Assembly (NCBI GenBank): GCA_020628305.1
Contig: JAHDFH010000001.1
Coordinates: 65,306-129,305 of the forward strand
Length of the DNA: 64,000 bases
Direction: 5' to 3'
Origin: Acidimicrobiales bacterium
GTDB taxonomy: Bacteria > Actinomycetota > Acidimicrobiia > Acidimicrobiales > SZUA-35
Position 1 is the stretch's first letter. Each line of letters starts with the position of its first letter. A program made the position numbers and the translations under genes. Shown here piece by piece: positions 1 to 9,978 of the stretch. Under the pieces are notes generated by a model. It was not told where the DNA came from. It saw nothing but the letters and a program-made list of their open reading frames with translations, and did not search any database.

Positions 1-465
1 TCCAGCGTGAACAGGGAGGCGGATAGTGCGTCCGGTATTTGCAATGCCACGAGTTATCGCCTGACGAATCCACCAAGTGGCGTAAGTTGAGAACTTGAAA
101 CCCTTGCGCCAGTCGAATTTTTCAACAGCGTGCATTAGTCCAAGGTTGCCTTCTTGGATCAGGTCTAGAAGGGGAAGGCCGGAAGCTTGATACTTCTTAG
201 CAATAGAAACAACGAGCCGAAGGTTTGACTGCACGAATGCACGTTCGGCATCACGGCCTTTGCGGACTGCTCGTTTGTGTTCACGCAATTTAGCTTGATC
301 GGTGTCGCTCTCCACTTCTAGCGCAGTGGAGGCTTCTTTGCCCGCTTCGATAGCTTTGGCGAGACGAACTTCGTCGCTCTTTGTTAGCAGAGGGTACTGA
401 CCTATGTCAGTCAGATAAAGTCTGACCAAATCTTCTTCGTCACGTTCAACGCGCTCTGAAGCCAA
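1..465 (-). CDS. RNA polymerase sigma-70 family factor, first 155 codons (gene runs off the left window edge)
   Basis: Absent from the ORF track because it is truncated. Reverse-strand reading from TTG at 465 (AGAGAGGA 6 nt upstream) gives [27 protein letters not shown]...[57 protein letters not shown], which matches sigma-70 regions 1.2 to 2.4. Confidence 0.85.
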   Translation of the reverse strand, partial: MASERVERDEEDLVRLYLTDIGQYPLLTKSDEVRLAKAIEAGKEASTALEVESDTDQAKLREHKRAVRKGRDAERAFVQSNLRLVVSIAKKYQASGLPLLDLIQEGNLGLMHAVEKFDWRKGFKFSTYATWWIRQAITRGIANTGRTIRLPVHAG

Positions 466-566
466 ATCGGTTCCTCTCTTGCTTGCGGGTAGATATCGAA
501 CGATATCCACTCAGTTGGGGATAAACACACAGAACGACCAAGAATTTGGCTAGTTTTGAACACTAG

Positions 567-1778
567 ATGAAACAGCTTCCGATTCCAGAGCCAGGCTCAT
601 TCAAGGCCGAACTCTACGTGTCTGAACACCTACACGATCTATTTGTTGGTGACATTCGAGCATCGAGCAAGTTGCGTGGTGGGCGCACAGCAGCACTAGC
701 AGCGCTACAAAGCCTTGACGAAGATGCATATGTACAGCATCGACAGGTTGTCTTTCCAGCTGCAAAGCGCCATGACTTTGTTGTGCCAGCATACTTAGGG
801 GCTGGGTTGCTTTCGCTGGAAGAGGTATGGAAAGCCACTAAAGGCTATTCGGATAATGCAAAACGCGTGATCAGAGCTGAGCTTCTTGAAGTCGAGTACG
901 CCCGCCACTGGTATATGACATACAGCAGTCAGTTAGCTGATGGTTTTAGAGCTGAGTTTAAAGAAACTGATTTGGTAAATGATTCTCTTGACAGTTCAAT
1001 GGGCTGTGTTGAACTTACCGTAAGTGAGCTTGTTGAGGATGGTTGGCTGTCGTCGCAACAACTTGAGTGGTTCATAAGTCTGTGGGTGGGTGCGGGCAAA
1101 ACTTTGCAATCAGGTATTGATTTTATGACCCAGCATTTGATTGGCGAAGATTCGGCTGCAAATACCTACATTTGGCAAAAGGTTTCAGGACTGCTGAATC
1201 AAGACCCGTTCAGACTCACGAGATGGGAAGTTGAGCGGCAGGCTCAAGGGCTATGCGCAAGCTGTGAACTTTCAGCAGCGTGTCCGATTGAAACAGAGTT
1301 GAAGCTGCCTGAACTAATATCCAAAGAACCAGGAGCAGCATCTTCTAGGGTCTCTAGCTCTTTAGATACCGTCGAAGTTGACGCTGTACTAATAACCACT
1401 GAACATTTATCTGGAGCGCAAGCAGGAATAGTTAACCCTGATAAGCGCTGCATATTTGTGTTTGACGAAAACCAAGCAGGCAAGCGCAGCGCAAAGCAAG
1501 CTATCTTCTGGCTTGAGTCGCTAGCTGAACTAGCTTTAATTAGCCCGTTGGAGATATACAGAGGAGATCTAGGTTCGGTGTTGGAGCTTTACAGGCGTGA
1601 TGGGATCTCCGTAGCGGCTAATCAAAGGTTGGGGCACCAGGAGCAGAGCTTGCTTTTGGGCCATGTCTCGCAGGTTCATCCTTGGCCGTGGCTTGTGGAG
1701 CCCAACGACGGCGATTGCTCTACCTTTGAAGCGTGGACTCATAGCCACAAAATTGGCGTGGGAAGCGATTTAATTTAA
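567..1778 (+). CDS. cryptochrome/photolyase FAD-binding-domain homolog with an unusual domain order
   Basis: Motifs in canonical order: GGRTAALAALQSL, VPAYLGAGLLSLEEVW, YARHWY, ELVEDGWLSSQQLEWFISLW, LIGEDSAANTYIWQKVSG, DPFRL. There is no N-terminal alpha/beta domain. The C-terminal 150 aa resemble that domain. Confidence 0.5.
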   Translation: MKQLPIPEPGSFKAELYVSEHLHDLFVGDIRASSKLRGGRTAALAALQSLDEDAYVQHRQVVFPAAKRHDFVVPAYLGAGLLSLEEVWKATKGYSDNAKRVIRAELLEVEYARHWYMTYSSQLADGFRAEFKETDLVNDSLDSSMGCVELTVSELVEDGWLSSQQLEWFISLWVGAGKTLQSGIDFMTQHLIGEDSAANTYIWQKVSGLLNQDPFRLTRWEVERQAQGLCASCELSAACPIETELKLPELISKEPGAASSRVSSSLDTVEVDAVLITTEHLSGAQAGIVNPDKRCIFVFDENQAGKRSAKQAIFWLESLAELALISPLEIYRGDLGSVLELYRRDGISVAANQRLGHQEQSLLLGHVSQVHPWPWLVEPNDGDCSTFEAWTHSHKIGVGSDLI

Positions 1779-1852
1779 CCCCAATTTTGGGGTTTGAAAT
1801 TTTATTATTGCTGTACGCTAAAGAATCGGAAACATCTAGAAAAGAGGCCAAG

Positions 1853-3220
1853 GTGTCGTCTCAAAGTCCGATTAAATGTCAACCAGAAGCGTGGAGCGGG
1901 GGAGATACTCTCCTGGCGAAGGCTGTTGCTCGGCCAATGGTCAGATTCATGCGCCAAGAAGCAGCCTCAGGGGTTCTGCTGCTTATAGCTACTGCCGCAG
2001 CCTTGCTGTGGGCAAACTTTGGGGGTGACTCCTACGGAGATTTCTGGCATACCAAATTAAAGCTTTCCCTAGGCGAGACTGAGATCCTCTATGAGACTCT
2101 TGGTCATCTAGTGAACGATGCTTTGATGGTGATCTTCTTCTTCGTAGTTGGTCTAGAAATCAAACACGAACTAGCTGAAGGTGACCTAAAGGATCCTCGA
2201 GTAGCCGCTCTGCCCGCAATCGCAGCGCTTGGTGGAATGCTGGTTCCTGCCGTACTGTATTTCGCCATCAATGCTTCGGGTGAGGGATCTGGCGGTTGGG
2301 GAATCCCAATGGCAACAGACATTGCCTTCGCCTTAGGCGTGCTTGCTCTTATGGGGCCACGAGTGCCACAAAAGCTCAAATTGTTCTTGCTCACATTAGC
2401 CATCGTGGATGATATCGGTGCAATTCTTGTGATCGCTGCTTTCTATACATCTTCAATTGCATTCGGATGGCTCTCACTTGCAATGGCTGGTGTCTTGCTA
2501 ATCATCCTTATGCGTCGTCTGGACGTTTGGTACATACCGGTTTATGTCCTTGTTGGGGTTGTTATTTGGTACGCAACGCTAAAGTCTGGCGTTCACGCAA
2601 CCATTGCAGGTGTGGTTCTGGGTCTGCTCGCACCAGCTAAGCCTTTGGTGGGCAAGCATCCTTACCGGGCAGTAGAGGACATGCTCAGCGGCGATAAAGA
2701 TCACGAAACCATAGACCCTCTTGATGTTCGCGAGGCGAACTGGCATGTTCGGGAGACAGTGGCTGTAACTACACGTTTAACGCATCTGCTGGCGCCTTGG
2801 ACCAGCTTTGTAATTATTCCCCTGTTTGCGCTGTCAAACGCCGGCGTAGTACTTTCATCTGACTCAATTAGCGCGGCTCTTTCATCATCTGTTGCTCTAG
2901 GCATTGTGTTAGGTCTAGTGATTGGCAAGCCGCTGGGAATTTTCTTGGCGACCTGGATTGCGGTAAAGCTTAAGATTGCGACTCTGCCTAAGGAACTAAG
3001 CTTCTCCCATGTTCTTGGTGGAGGAGCAGTCGCAGGTATTGGCTTCACCCTGTCGCTCTTTATTGCCCGTCTGGCATTCGAAGAGGAGGCAGTGCAGATA
3101 CTTGATGAATCAATCATGGGTATCCTCGCAGCTTCAGCAGCAGCGACCTTGCTTGGGTTTATCCTCCTAAGTCGTGCTTCCAAGAAGACTAGACCAGGCG
3201 TTGCAGAGTCAAGCGTCTAG
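1853..3220 (+). CDS. nhaA: Na+/H+ antiporter NhaA
   Basis: Multi-TM protein with FMRQEAASGVLLLIATAAALLWAN and the paired-Asp motif LAIVDDIGAILVIA. Start chosen at GTG 1853 (AAGAGG 5 nt upstream). The ORF is open from 1787 and ATG 1937 is an alternative. Confidence 0.9.
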   Translation: MSSQSPIKCQPEAWSGGDTLLAKAVARPMVRFMRQEAASGVLLLIATAAALLWANFGGDSYGDFWHTKLKLSLGETEILYETLGHLVNDALMVIFFFVVGLEIKHELAEGDLKDPRVAALPAIAALGGMLVPAVLYFAINASGEGSGGWGIPMATDIAFALGVLALMGPRVPQKLKLFLLTLAIVDDIGAILVIAAFYTSSIAFGWLSLAMAGVLLIILMRRLDVWYIPVYVLVGVVIWYATLKSGVHATIAGVVLGLLAPAKPLVGKHPYRAVEDMLSGDKDHETIDPLDVREANWHVRETVAVTTRLTHLLAPWTSFVIIPLFALSNAGVVLSSDSISAALSSSVALGIVLGLVIGKPLGIFLATWIAVKLKIATLPKELSFSHVLGGGAVAGIGFTLSLFIARLAFEEEAVQILDESIMGILAASAAATLLGFILLSRASKKTRPGVAESSV

Positions 3221-3225
3221 AACGA

Positions 3226-5208
3226 CTAGTAGGCGGTAGCTCCAGCGATTTCGCAGATCAAATCGCCCTGCACATCATCGTAGAGCACAGCATCTGAGCT
3301 TCCAGTTTCGCCTGGGCTTAATAGATCGAAGAATGCGGTACCGTTGCCAACCACTGTGTTGTTGCTAACGAACCTGACATCAACTAAAGCGGTCTCGATA
3401 TCTTCAGATAGTGGGTTTGTAAGCTCCACTTGTGCGGTCCAGTATTGGCTTCCAAAGCTCTCTTCGACAGAGCATGCGGTGATAACAGCTGTTGCTTCAA
3501 CAGCCAAGCTATTGGCCTCGAAATCAGCAAAGAAATCTATATCTTCCTCGATCGGAGACAAATCAGGTTCTGCAACTGCAATCTCGTTTGCCACTGCTTC
3601 GAAGTTGTCGCTGGCGACGCTTTCAAGCAGTAGGGATCCGTCAATTTCCTGGGCGATTGCATCAATCCAGTCTTCAAATTGTTGTAGCTCTTCATCATCG
3701 ATTGCCTTGAGGATGTCGACTGCCATGTAGGTTATGGTCGGAACGCCACCGATGTACCATTTGCCATCTCGTTCAACTGCGTGGAATCCCAGTTGCTTCA
3801 TATCGTCGAAAATCTCGTCCAACTTCAGCTGATCAGCTAAGGGGTTTTCCCCAAGTCCAAGATCACATTGAACATCATCTATTGGTTCACCAAAGACTGT
3901 TCCAGTCACGACCAAACAGTCCTCTTCCACCAGCGCTTCAAAGTTGATATCTCCTTCAGAGCTCGTGGCTGTAACCAATGCGTTTTGAGCTTTTAGGTTT
4001 ATGTCTGCTTTGCCATCAAAGAATTCTTGATCCACCTCGAAAGAGAAGTCGATCACAGCGGAGCTATCGTTTGATTCAATCAGCAGGTCAAACGTAGTAG
4101 GTACTCCGTCAATAGCACCTTCACCGGTGGCGCTAAGTAGATTTTCACGAAGTTCCACATTGGCTGTGAAACCTGGTGCAGTTATATCTGCTGTCATCGC
4201 TGTTAGCCAAACCTGGGTGCGCCCGTCTCTGTTCTCTGACGCTGATTCGAATTGAACATCCCAGTCGAATCCGGATTCAGCTTTGAAATTGAGCACTTGA
4301 GATTCGACGTCCAGAGCATCACCTGCAAGCAGACTCCAGTAATTGTAAACAGCTTTGAATTCAGCTGGATCAAGCGTTGCCATCACAGCTTCCATACGTC
4401 CTTGAAGGAGGAGCTCCATCATCTGGTTCATGGCTTCTTCTGGAGAATCAGCTCCAGCCGGTTGAAGACGGCGAGCGTAACTGGGCTCTATGGCGCCTTC
4501 ATCAACGCGTATGTACTCAGCAATGGTATGGCCAAGGCTCAAGAAGTAGCTTCCAGATTCTTTCACCACCATCATTCTTAGTGGTTCATTGTTGATGGTG
4601 CTCTCACCATCTTCGATAGTTTCAACCGAAAGTGGACCGAACGTCACTTTGGATGTAGCGGGTTCAGTTCCGGGGGATTCTTCACCAAGTAGAAGTGCAG
4701 CTTCATTTTCGTCGAAAGTAATTGTTAATTGACCGTCTATAACTGTCACTTCGTACAGCTCGTCAGTTTCTTCGAAATACTGTCTGGTTTCAAATTCAAA
4801 GGGGCGAGTCACTTCGATCTTCAAAGCATCACCAAGAGAGATCTGGTCTCCGTTGAGAGTGTCTGATTCAAACACCCCAAGGCGAACAAGTTCGCCAAAC
4901 AGAGCTGTTTGCGGCTTAACCCATGCTTCGTATTCCGAGGGGGCGATAGTTTGCAAGACTCCAAGTGGATCTTCCTGGCCCAGTGCTTCAAAGAAGGCTT
5001 CTCCAGCTGCTTCTGGGGTGGCAAAGCCATCAGCCGTATCGTCTAGAACAGAAAAGTTCAGGACAACAGCGACCCCGGCGATGAGGGCAAATATGGCTAC
5101 GACCAGAGCACCGCGCCTAAGCAGCTTGCCTGAATCATCATCATTTGGCTGTGAATACGGATCGATTGGCGGGGTATAGGGGTCGGGGGTTGTTTGAAAA
5201 TTGCTCAC
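3226..5208 (-). CDS. hypothetical, very acidic, membrane-anchored exported protein (660 aa)
   Basis: Long intact ORF. GTG start with AGAGGGA upstream. Single N-terminal TM (LLRRGALVVAIFALIAGVAVVLNF) followed by a D/E-rich ectodomain. No family recognised. Confidence 0.6.
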   Translation of the reverse strand: MSNFQTTPDPYTPPIDPYSQPNDDDSGKLLRRGALVVAIFALIAGVAVVLNFSVLDDTADGFATPEAAGEAFFEALGQEDPLGVLQTIAPSEYEAWVKPQTALFGELVRLGVFESDTLNGDQISLGDALKIEVTRPFEFETRQYFEETDELYEVTVIDGQLTITFDENEAALLLGEESPGTEPATSKVTFGPLSVETIEDGESTINNEPLRMMVVKESGSYFLSLGHTIAEYIRVDEGAIEPSYARRLQPAGADSPEEAMNQMMELLLQGRMEAVMATLDPAEFKAVYNYWSLLAGDALDVESQVLNFKAESGFDWDVQFESASENRDGRTQVWLTAMTADITAPGFTANVELRENLLSATGEGAIDGVPTTFDLLIESNDSSAVIDFSFEVDQEFFDGKADINLKAQNALVTATSSEGDINFEALVEEDCLVVTGTVFGEPIDDVQCDLGLGENPLADQLKLDEIFDDMKQLGFHAVERDGKWYIGGVPTITYMAVDILKAIDDEELQQFEDWIDAIAQEIDGSLLLESVASDNFEAVANEIAVAEPDLSPIEEDIDFFADFEANSLAVEATAVITACSVEESFGSQYWTAQVELTNPLSEDIETALVDVRFVSNNTVVGNGTAFFDLLSPGETGSSDAVLYDDVQGDLICEIAGATAY

Positions 5209-5243
5209 TACTGCTCCCTCTTTGAGTACGTAACAATCGGCCT

Positions 5244-5579
5244 TTAACGCCTAGACCTTAGCGCAGTAATAGCAGCTGTGTAGGTAAGAAATAGTGCCAG
5301 GCAGATAGCTGGGCCAACCTGGATCCCAGAGAACAGCAAAACAACTAGTCCTGTTATCCCCAGAATTGTGATACAAGCCGCAACGACTCGTCGCCCAACT
5401 TTGGCTAAACCAGCCAACCAAAGGCATAGCGAAGCGATGGCAACGGCTGGCAGCATAAGCCAAACCGCTTCGATCATTGCAGCCACATTGTTGTATGAAG
5501 GACTAAAGATAATTGCTGCGTCTAGTACTTCAAAGCTGCTTCTGCCTCTAGAACCGGTGGTGAACCAAGTCAGAAACAT
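5244..5579 (-). CDS. small hypothetical membrane protein
   Basis: Hydrophobic ORF lying between the PQQ dehydrogenase and the 660-aa gene on the same strand. The track ORF extends to 5747 but overlaps the upstream gene by 119 nt, so the internal ATG at 5579 is preferred. The start is uncertain. Confidence 0.4.
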   Translation of the reverse strand: MFLTWFTTGSRGRSSFEVLDAAIIFSPSYNNVAAMIEAVWLMLPAVAIASLCLWLAGLAKVGRRVVAACITILGITGLVVLLFSGIQVGPAICLALFLTYTAAITALRSRR

Positions 5580-5628
5580 TGCGACGATTTGCCCGCCGAG
5601 AGTAGCTGTAGCTAGCGCAAACCTGCTC

Positions 5629-7047
5629 TTATCTAGTGGTTGTGGTTGCAAGGCTGTCTCCTGGGAGGACCTCGATCTCGGCGTTAGTGTTAGTGCCTGG
5701 AAGTATCGAGTTTGGTCCCAATACGCTAACACTGACTTGCGAATCAACCAGGTCTAGTCTCGAAACAGCCCCATTCGCCTCCATCAGGTAAAGCTCTTCA
5801 TGTGCTGTGCCAATGGCAACCAGCTGGTCGAGATCTCGGTCTAGCTTAAGCTCTTGAGCTTGCCAACCAGATTCATCGACCGCTGCCAAGCCTCGCAGAT
5901 CAGCGCCGCAGTAGTCGCCGTAAACATAGACTCCTTCAAGCGGTTTCAAAACTTGTCCATCAATTCGGCGAGAGATTATCTCACCACGGTAGATATGGCC
6001 ACCAACTACAGAACAGTTGCCCTCGCCGGTTTCGTAGGTGAATATTGGGGCGATCCAGTCCTGAGCTTCAGTATCAGATTCTGTTTTCTCGATACCTTCG
6101 TACGCATCCCAGCCCAGATTTGCTCCTTTGCCACGTGACAGTGCATTGTCCAAGAGGTTGATCTCTTCAAAGCTGTTGTCTCCAACGTCAGCTATCCACA
6201 AGTCACCATTGGCTGAATCAAACGAGAACCTCCAAGGATTGCGAACCCCGTATAGCCAGATCTCGGCTAACCCAGCATCTGAGTTGCTAACAAAGGGGTT
6301 GCTCGCTGGGATTGCATAAGCCTGATCACCGATCGTCTCTGGATCTATCCTCAGAATTGATCCTAATAGTGTTTGCGTGTCTTGGGCCGTACTGGCATCA
6401 TCGCCACCATCGCCGAGGGCAATGTACAAAAAGCCGTCTCGCCCGGTTTGAATTTGACCTCCATTGTGGTTGTTTGCTGGCTGATCCACGCGCAGGATTT
6501 CCCTTTCAGAGTTAGGGTCTGCTACATCGCCCACCATTTTGAACTCGGAAACTACTAAGGCGTCGTCTGTGGTGTAGCTGAGATAGATTTCGTTGCCATT
6601 TGATGAGAACTCGACACCCAGTAGGCCATTTTCGAGTTCTTGCGAAACTCGCCTGGAAAGGTCAATGACTGGCTCTGAAACTGGTTGAAAATACTCTGCT
6701 TCGAAGATTCCGTTTCTGCCTCGAGATCCGAAATCAACAACTGAACGACGAACCTGGATGACTGTACCTTGTCGCTCTGTAAACCAGAGCGAATCATCCC
6801 CGGTTCTAACCGCCAGGTCCGTAGGAAAATCTAGTTCGAAAAGTACGTTCGCAGCGAGCTCGGTTTCGGCGAATTCAGGATCAACCGGAGATGTAGTGAC
6901 AGTAGGCTCAATTTCTTCAATCGAGCCAATAGTCACTTCTTCTGGGAGGGTGTCTTTTGTTTGAGTATCTTCAGCTGAACATGAAACACCAGCTGCAAGA
7001 CCGACGGTCACAATCACCCCAGCCAGAGTTAATTTCGAGCTACCCAT
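5629..7047 (-). CDS. PQQ-dependent sugar (glucose/sorbosone) dehydrogenase family lipoprotein
   Basis: Lipobox-like LAAGVSCS. Beta-propeller motifs HNGGQIQTGRDGFLYIALGDGG, GVRNPWRFSFD and LWIADVGDNSFEEIN. Confidence 0.8.
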   Translation of the reverse strand: MGSSKLTLAGVIVTVGLAAGVSCSAEDTQTKDTLPEEVTIGSIEEIEPTVTTSPVDPEFAETELAANVLFELDFPTDLAVRTGDDSLWFTERQGTVIQVRRSVVDFGSRGRNGIFEAEYFQPVSEPVIDLSRRVSQELENGLLGVEFSSNGNEIYLSYTTDDALVVSEFKMVGDVADPNSEREILRVDQPANNHNGGQIQTGRDGFLYIALGDGGDDASTAQDTQTLLGSILRIDPETIGDQAYAIPASNPFVSNSDAGLAEIWLYGVRNPWRFSFDSANGDLWIADVGDNSFEEINLLDNALSRGKGANLGWDAYEGIEKTESDTEAQDWIAPIFTYETGEGNCSVVGGHIYRGEIISRRIDGQVLKPLEGVYVYGDYCGADLRGLAAVDESGWQAQELKLDRDLDQLVAIGTAHEELYLMEANGAVSRLDLVDSQVSVSVLGPNSILPGTNTNAEIEVLPGDSLATTTTR

Positions 7048-7098
7048 ATATCTAGGTTAGCAAGACCGCTTCTTTGCGCCTCGTTGAAACTATGATCG

Positions 7099-7518
7099 GT
7101 GAAGATGATTAACCCAGTGAAAAAACTTCTGGCTGATCCAAAACTGCTTCGCTACGGTGCGGTTTCGGTGTTCAATCTTGCAAGTCATCAGTTCTTCTTG
7201 GCACTCGGGCAACAAATACTTGATTTAGAGCCCACCAAGGCAAACCTGTTAGCAGCGACTATCACAGCGATACCGGCTTTTTTCCTTTCACGTAATTGGG
7301 TGTGGCGTGCACAAATCACGCAAGGCTCGATGCGCAATGAGGCAGTTTGGTTCTGGGTTATTGCTTTGTTGGGGTTGATCATTTCAACGATTGTGGTATT
7401 TATTGTTTCCAGAACCGTTGAAAGTTGGTTGGCGATCCAAGCAGCAAGTCTCTTTGGGTACTTTTTGGTGTGGATTGGCAAGTTCTTTGTGCTTGACCGC
7501 TTGTTCTCAAAGACCTGA
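7099..7518 (+). CDS. GtrA-family membrane protein
   Basis: 139 aa with 4 predicted TM helices. LLRYGAVSVFNLASHQ...FFLSRNWVWR matches the GtrA pattern. Confidence 0.55.
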   Translation: MKMINPVKKLLADPKLLRYGAVSVFNLASHQFFLALGQQILDLEPTKANLLAATITAIPAFFLSRNWVWRAQITQGSMRNEAVWFWVIALLGLIISTIVVFIVSRTVESWLAIQAASLFGYFLVWIGKFFVLDRLFSKT

Positions 7519-7526
7519 AGCTGTCA

Positions 7527-8315
7527 GTGTGCTCGACTACCATCTGTTCAGTGAATTATTCTGCTGACGATATTTCTTTCGACTCGCTTGGAGCAGGCGA
7601 TAAAGATTTTCTGATTTTCTGGGCGCATGGCTGGGGTCACAACAAGAAGGCTTTCTCACAAGTCGCTGAATCCTTACAAGGGGTTGCAGATTCTATTCTC
7701 ATTGACTTACCTGGCTTCGGTGATTCTCCCAAGCCTGAATCGGTTTGGGGTGTCGATGAGTATGCAAGCTCAATATGTAGCTTTGTAGACGAACGGTCCA
7801 AAGGTAAGAAGGCTATTTGGGTTGGTCATTCATTTGGTGGGTCGGTCGGGGTTGGATTGGCCGGTAGTTTTCCAGAAACCTTGGATGGTTTGGTGCTCGT
7901 CGCAAGCGCTGGCCTTCGAACAGAGCGTCCCCTTGCTCAAAGGGTCAAAGTTTGGATTCGAGTTAGAACATTCAAGTTACTCAAGAGAATTTTCAACTTG
8001 TTGGGTCGAGACACAGATTCTCTATATGCGAAGTTTGGGTCGCCAGACTACAAACAGTCAGGCGAGATGCGGCAAATACTTGTTAGAACACTAAATCAAG
8101 ACCTATCAGCTGCTGCTCAAAAAATTAGTTGCCCGACTGTGATCATTTATGGTGAGAAAGACACAGCAACACCTCCTGCAGTTGGACAGCGTTACTCGAC
8201 CTTGATTGATAACTCAGAATTTGTAGTTCTAGATACGCTAGATCACTACACGCTGCTCAGCACGGGGCGACATCAGGTAGCGAAACGCATCAAACAGCTA
8301 ATAGAAGGGCTTTGA
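7527..8315 (+). CDS. alpha/beta-fold hydrolase
   Basis: HGWGHN oxyanion region, nucleophile elbow VGHSFGGS, and a C-terminal His region DTLDHYT. Confidence 0.75.
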   Translation: MCSTTICSVNYSADDISFDSLGAGDKDFLIFWAHGWGHNKKAFSQVAESLQGVADSILIDLPGFGDSPKPESVWGVDEYASSICSFVDERSKGKKAIWVGHSFGGSVGVGLAGSFPETLDGLVLVASAGLRTERPLAQRVKVWIRVRTFKLLKRIFNLLGRDTDSLYAKFGSPDYKQSGEMRQILVRTLNQDLSAAAQKISCPTVIIYGEKDTATPPAVGQRYSTLIDNSEFVVLDTLDHYTLLSTGRHQVAKRIKQLIEGL

Positions 8316-8316
8316 T

Positions 8317-9900
8317 ATGGAACTAGTTGGACTGCTAGCAATCGCTGCCTTTGGATACTTTAGCTATCGCAGGTTGCTCAGCTACCTGCATATTCTTCAG
8401 CAAGACGATTACAACAATAAAAGGTTTATTAGTTGGCTCATTTCATCTAAGTCTTTCGATAAGTACCTGTCACTCGTCCTGGTGCTGCTGGCTGTAGTTT
8501 TTTATACGGCTGGATTCAAAACCGAGGCAACAGCTGCGGCTGCAATAGTGTTCCTAGGTTTCGCCTTTATTCAGAATGATCCAACAAAGAAGGCAAAGAA
8601 AAAGCTGGTTTTGACTCAGCGAGCTAAACGCATTCTTTACACAGGTTTGGCACTCACTACGGTCTCACCCGTTACCTGGTTGACTTTGCACAGCTTCTGG
8701 CTATGGGTTGTAGCGGTTCAGCTTATCCCGCTGCTTCTATGTGTAGGCAACTGGCTACTCAGGCCGTATGAGGCAAAGATTCAACAAGGATTTAGACAAC
8801 AAGCAGTTGACCGTCTCAACCAAGTGTCTCCAACGGTGGTGGCTGTTACAGGCTCCTATGGTAAGACTTCGGTTAAGCACATGATGGGGCATGTCCTGGG
8901 CCTCAATGCTAAAGCAGTTGTTACCCCCGGCAGTGTTAACACAGATATGGGTGTAGCCCGAATTCTTAGAGAAGACTTGCGGGATGACACAGAATTCTTT
9001 GTGACAGAGATGGGAGCTTATGGAGTTGGCTCCATAGCTAGGTTGTGTCGCTTTACTCCGCCACACATAGGCATTATTACCGCCATTGGTCCCGCTCACT
9101 TAGAACGATTCGGGTCTTTAGAAAACACAGCAAAAGCCAAGTTTGAGCTAGCAGCTGCAGTTCTAGAAAAGCCCGAAGGCCGAATGATCTTGCACGAAAA
9201 CGTTATGCAGTATGGCAATGCCTTTGACTTTATTGCTGAAAATTCTGATCGTCTGGTGATTGTGGGCGAGGGGCCAGCCAGTCACGTAAGAATTGATTCA
9301 CGCTTGCAAACCAAAGAGGGCATGGAGATTCAAGTGGCCTGGAGCGGTGCCACCTATTCATTAAGAGCGCCGCTTTATGGCTTTCATCATGGTGACAATA
9401 TGGCAACGGCGTTCGCTGTTGCTGTGACATGTGGGATAGATCCTGACAAGGTAGTAACCGCTTTACGAAGTGCGCCTCAGATTAAACATCGCCTTGAAGT
9501 GAAAAAGCAGCCCGGAAGTGCCACATATATTGACGATGCATTTAACTCCAACCCCAAAGGGTTCGTTGCTGCCTTGGAATTAATGGCCCTTTTAGCAGAA
9601 GGTGAGGGACGAGCAGTTTTGGTAACGCCTGGAGTGGTTGAGCTTGGAGATGAGCACGATATCGTCCACGCTGAACTCGGTCATGAAGCGGCTAAAAACG
9701 CTGACGTAGTTCTAGTGGTCAACCCATCCCGCATTCCATCGTTTAGACAAGCCATCGATGCGGTCGGTGAAACGGAAGTACACGAGTTTGAAACCTTCGC
9801 AGAAGCAAGTGATTGGCTGGTCGCAAACACCATAGGCGGCGACGTTGTTCTGCTGGAGAACGATCTCCCTGACCTGTTTAACGACACGCTCAATATTTAG
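8317..9900 (+). CDS. Mur ligase family protein (MurF-like middle and C-terminal domains) with an N-terminal polytopic membrane domain
   Basis: About 165 aa of TM helices, then P-loop VAVTGSYGKTSVKH, then EMGAYGVGSIARLCRFTPPHIGIITAIGPAHLERFGSLENTAKAKFEL, HRLEV and IDDAFNSNPKGFVAAL. Starts 1 nt after the hydrolase stop. Confidence 0.75.
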   Translation: MELVGLLAIAAFGYFSYRRLLSYLHILQQDDYNNKRFISWLISSKSFDKYLSLVLVLLAVVFYTAGFKTEATAAAAIVFLGFAFIQNDPTKKAKKKLVLTQRAKRILYTGLALTTVSPVTWLTLHSFWLWVVAVQLIPLLLCVGNWLLRPYEAKIQQGFRQQAVDRLNQVSPTVVAVTGSYGKTSVKHMMGHVLGLNAKAVVTPGSVNTDMGVARILREDLRDDTEFFVTEMGAYGVGSIARLCRFTPPHIGIITAIGPAHLERFGSLENTAKAKFELAAAVLEKPEGRMILHENVMQYGNAFDFIAENSDRLVIVGEGPASHVRIDSRLQTKEGMEIQVAWSGATYSLRAPLYGFHHGDNMATAFAVAVTCGIDPDKVVTALRSAPQIKHRLEVKKQPGSATYIDDAFNSNPKGFVAALELMALLAEGEGRAVLVTPGVVELGDEHDIVHAELGHEAAKNADVVLVVNPSRIPSFRQAIDAVGETEVHEFETFAEASDWLVANTIGGDVVLLENDLPDLFNDTLNI

Positions 9901-9978
9901 CTTGCGGGTGGGTGTCGCTTGCAGCGCATCGCCCTCAGCTATAATTCACACAGGGTCTATTTCTTTTAAGGAGCTCTC

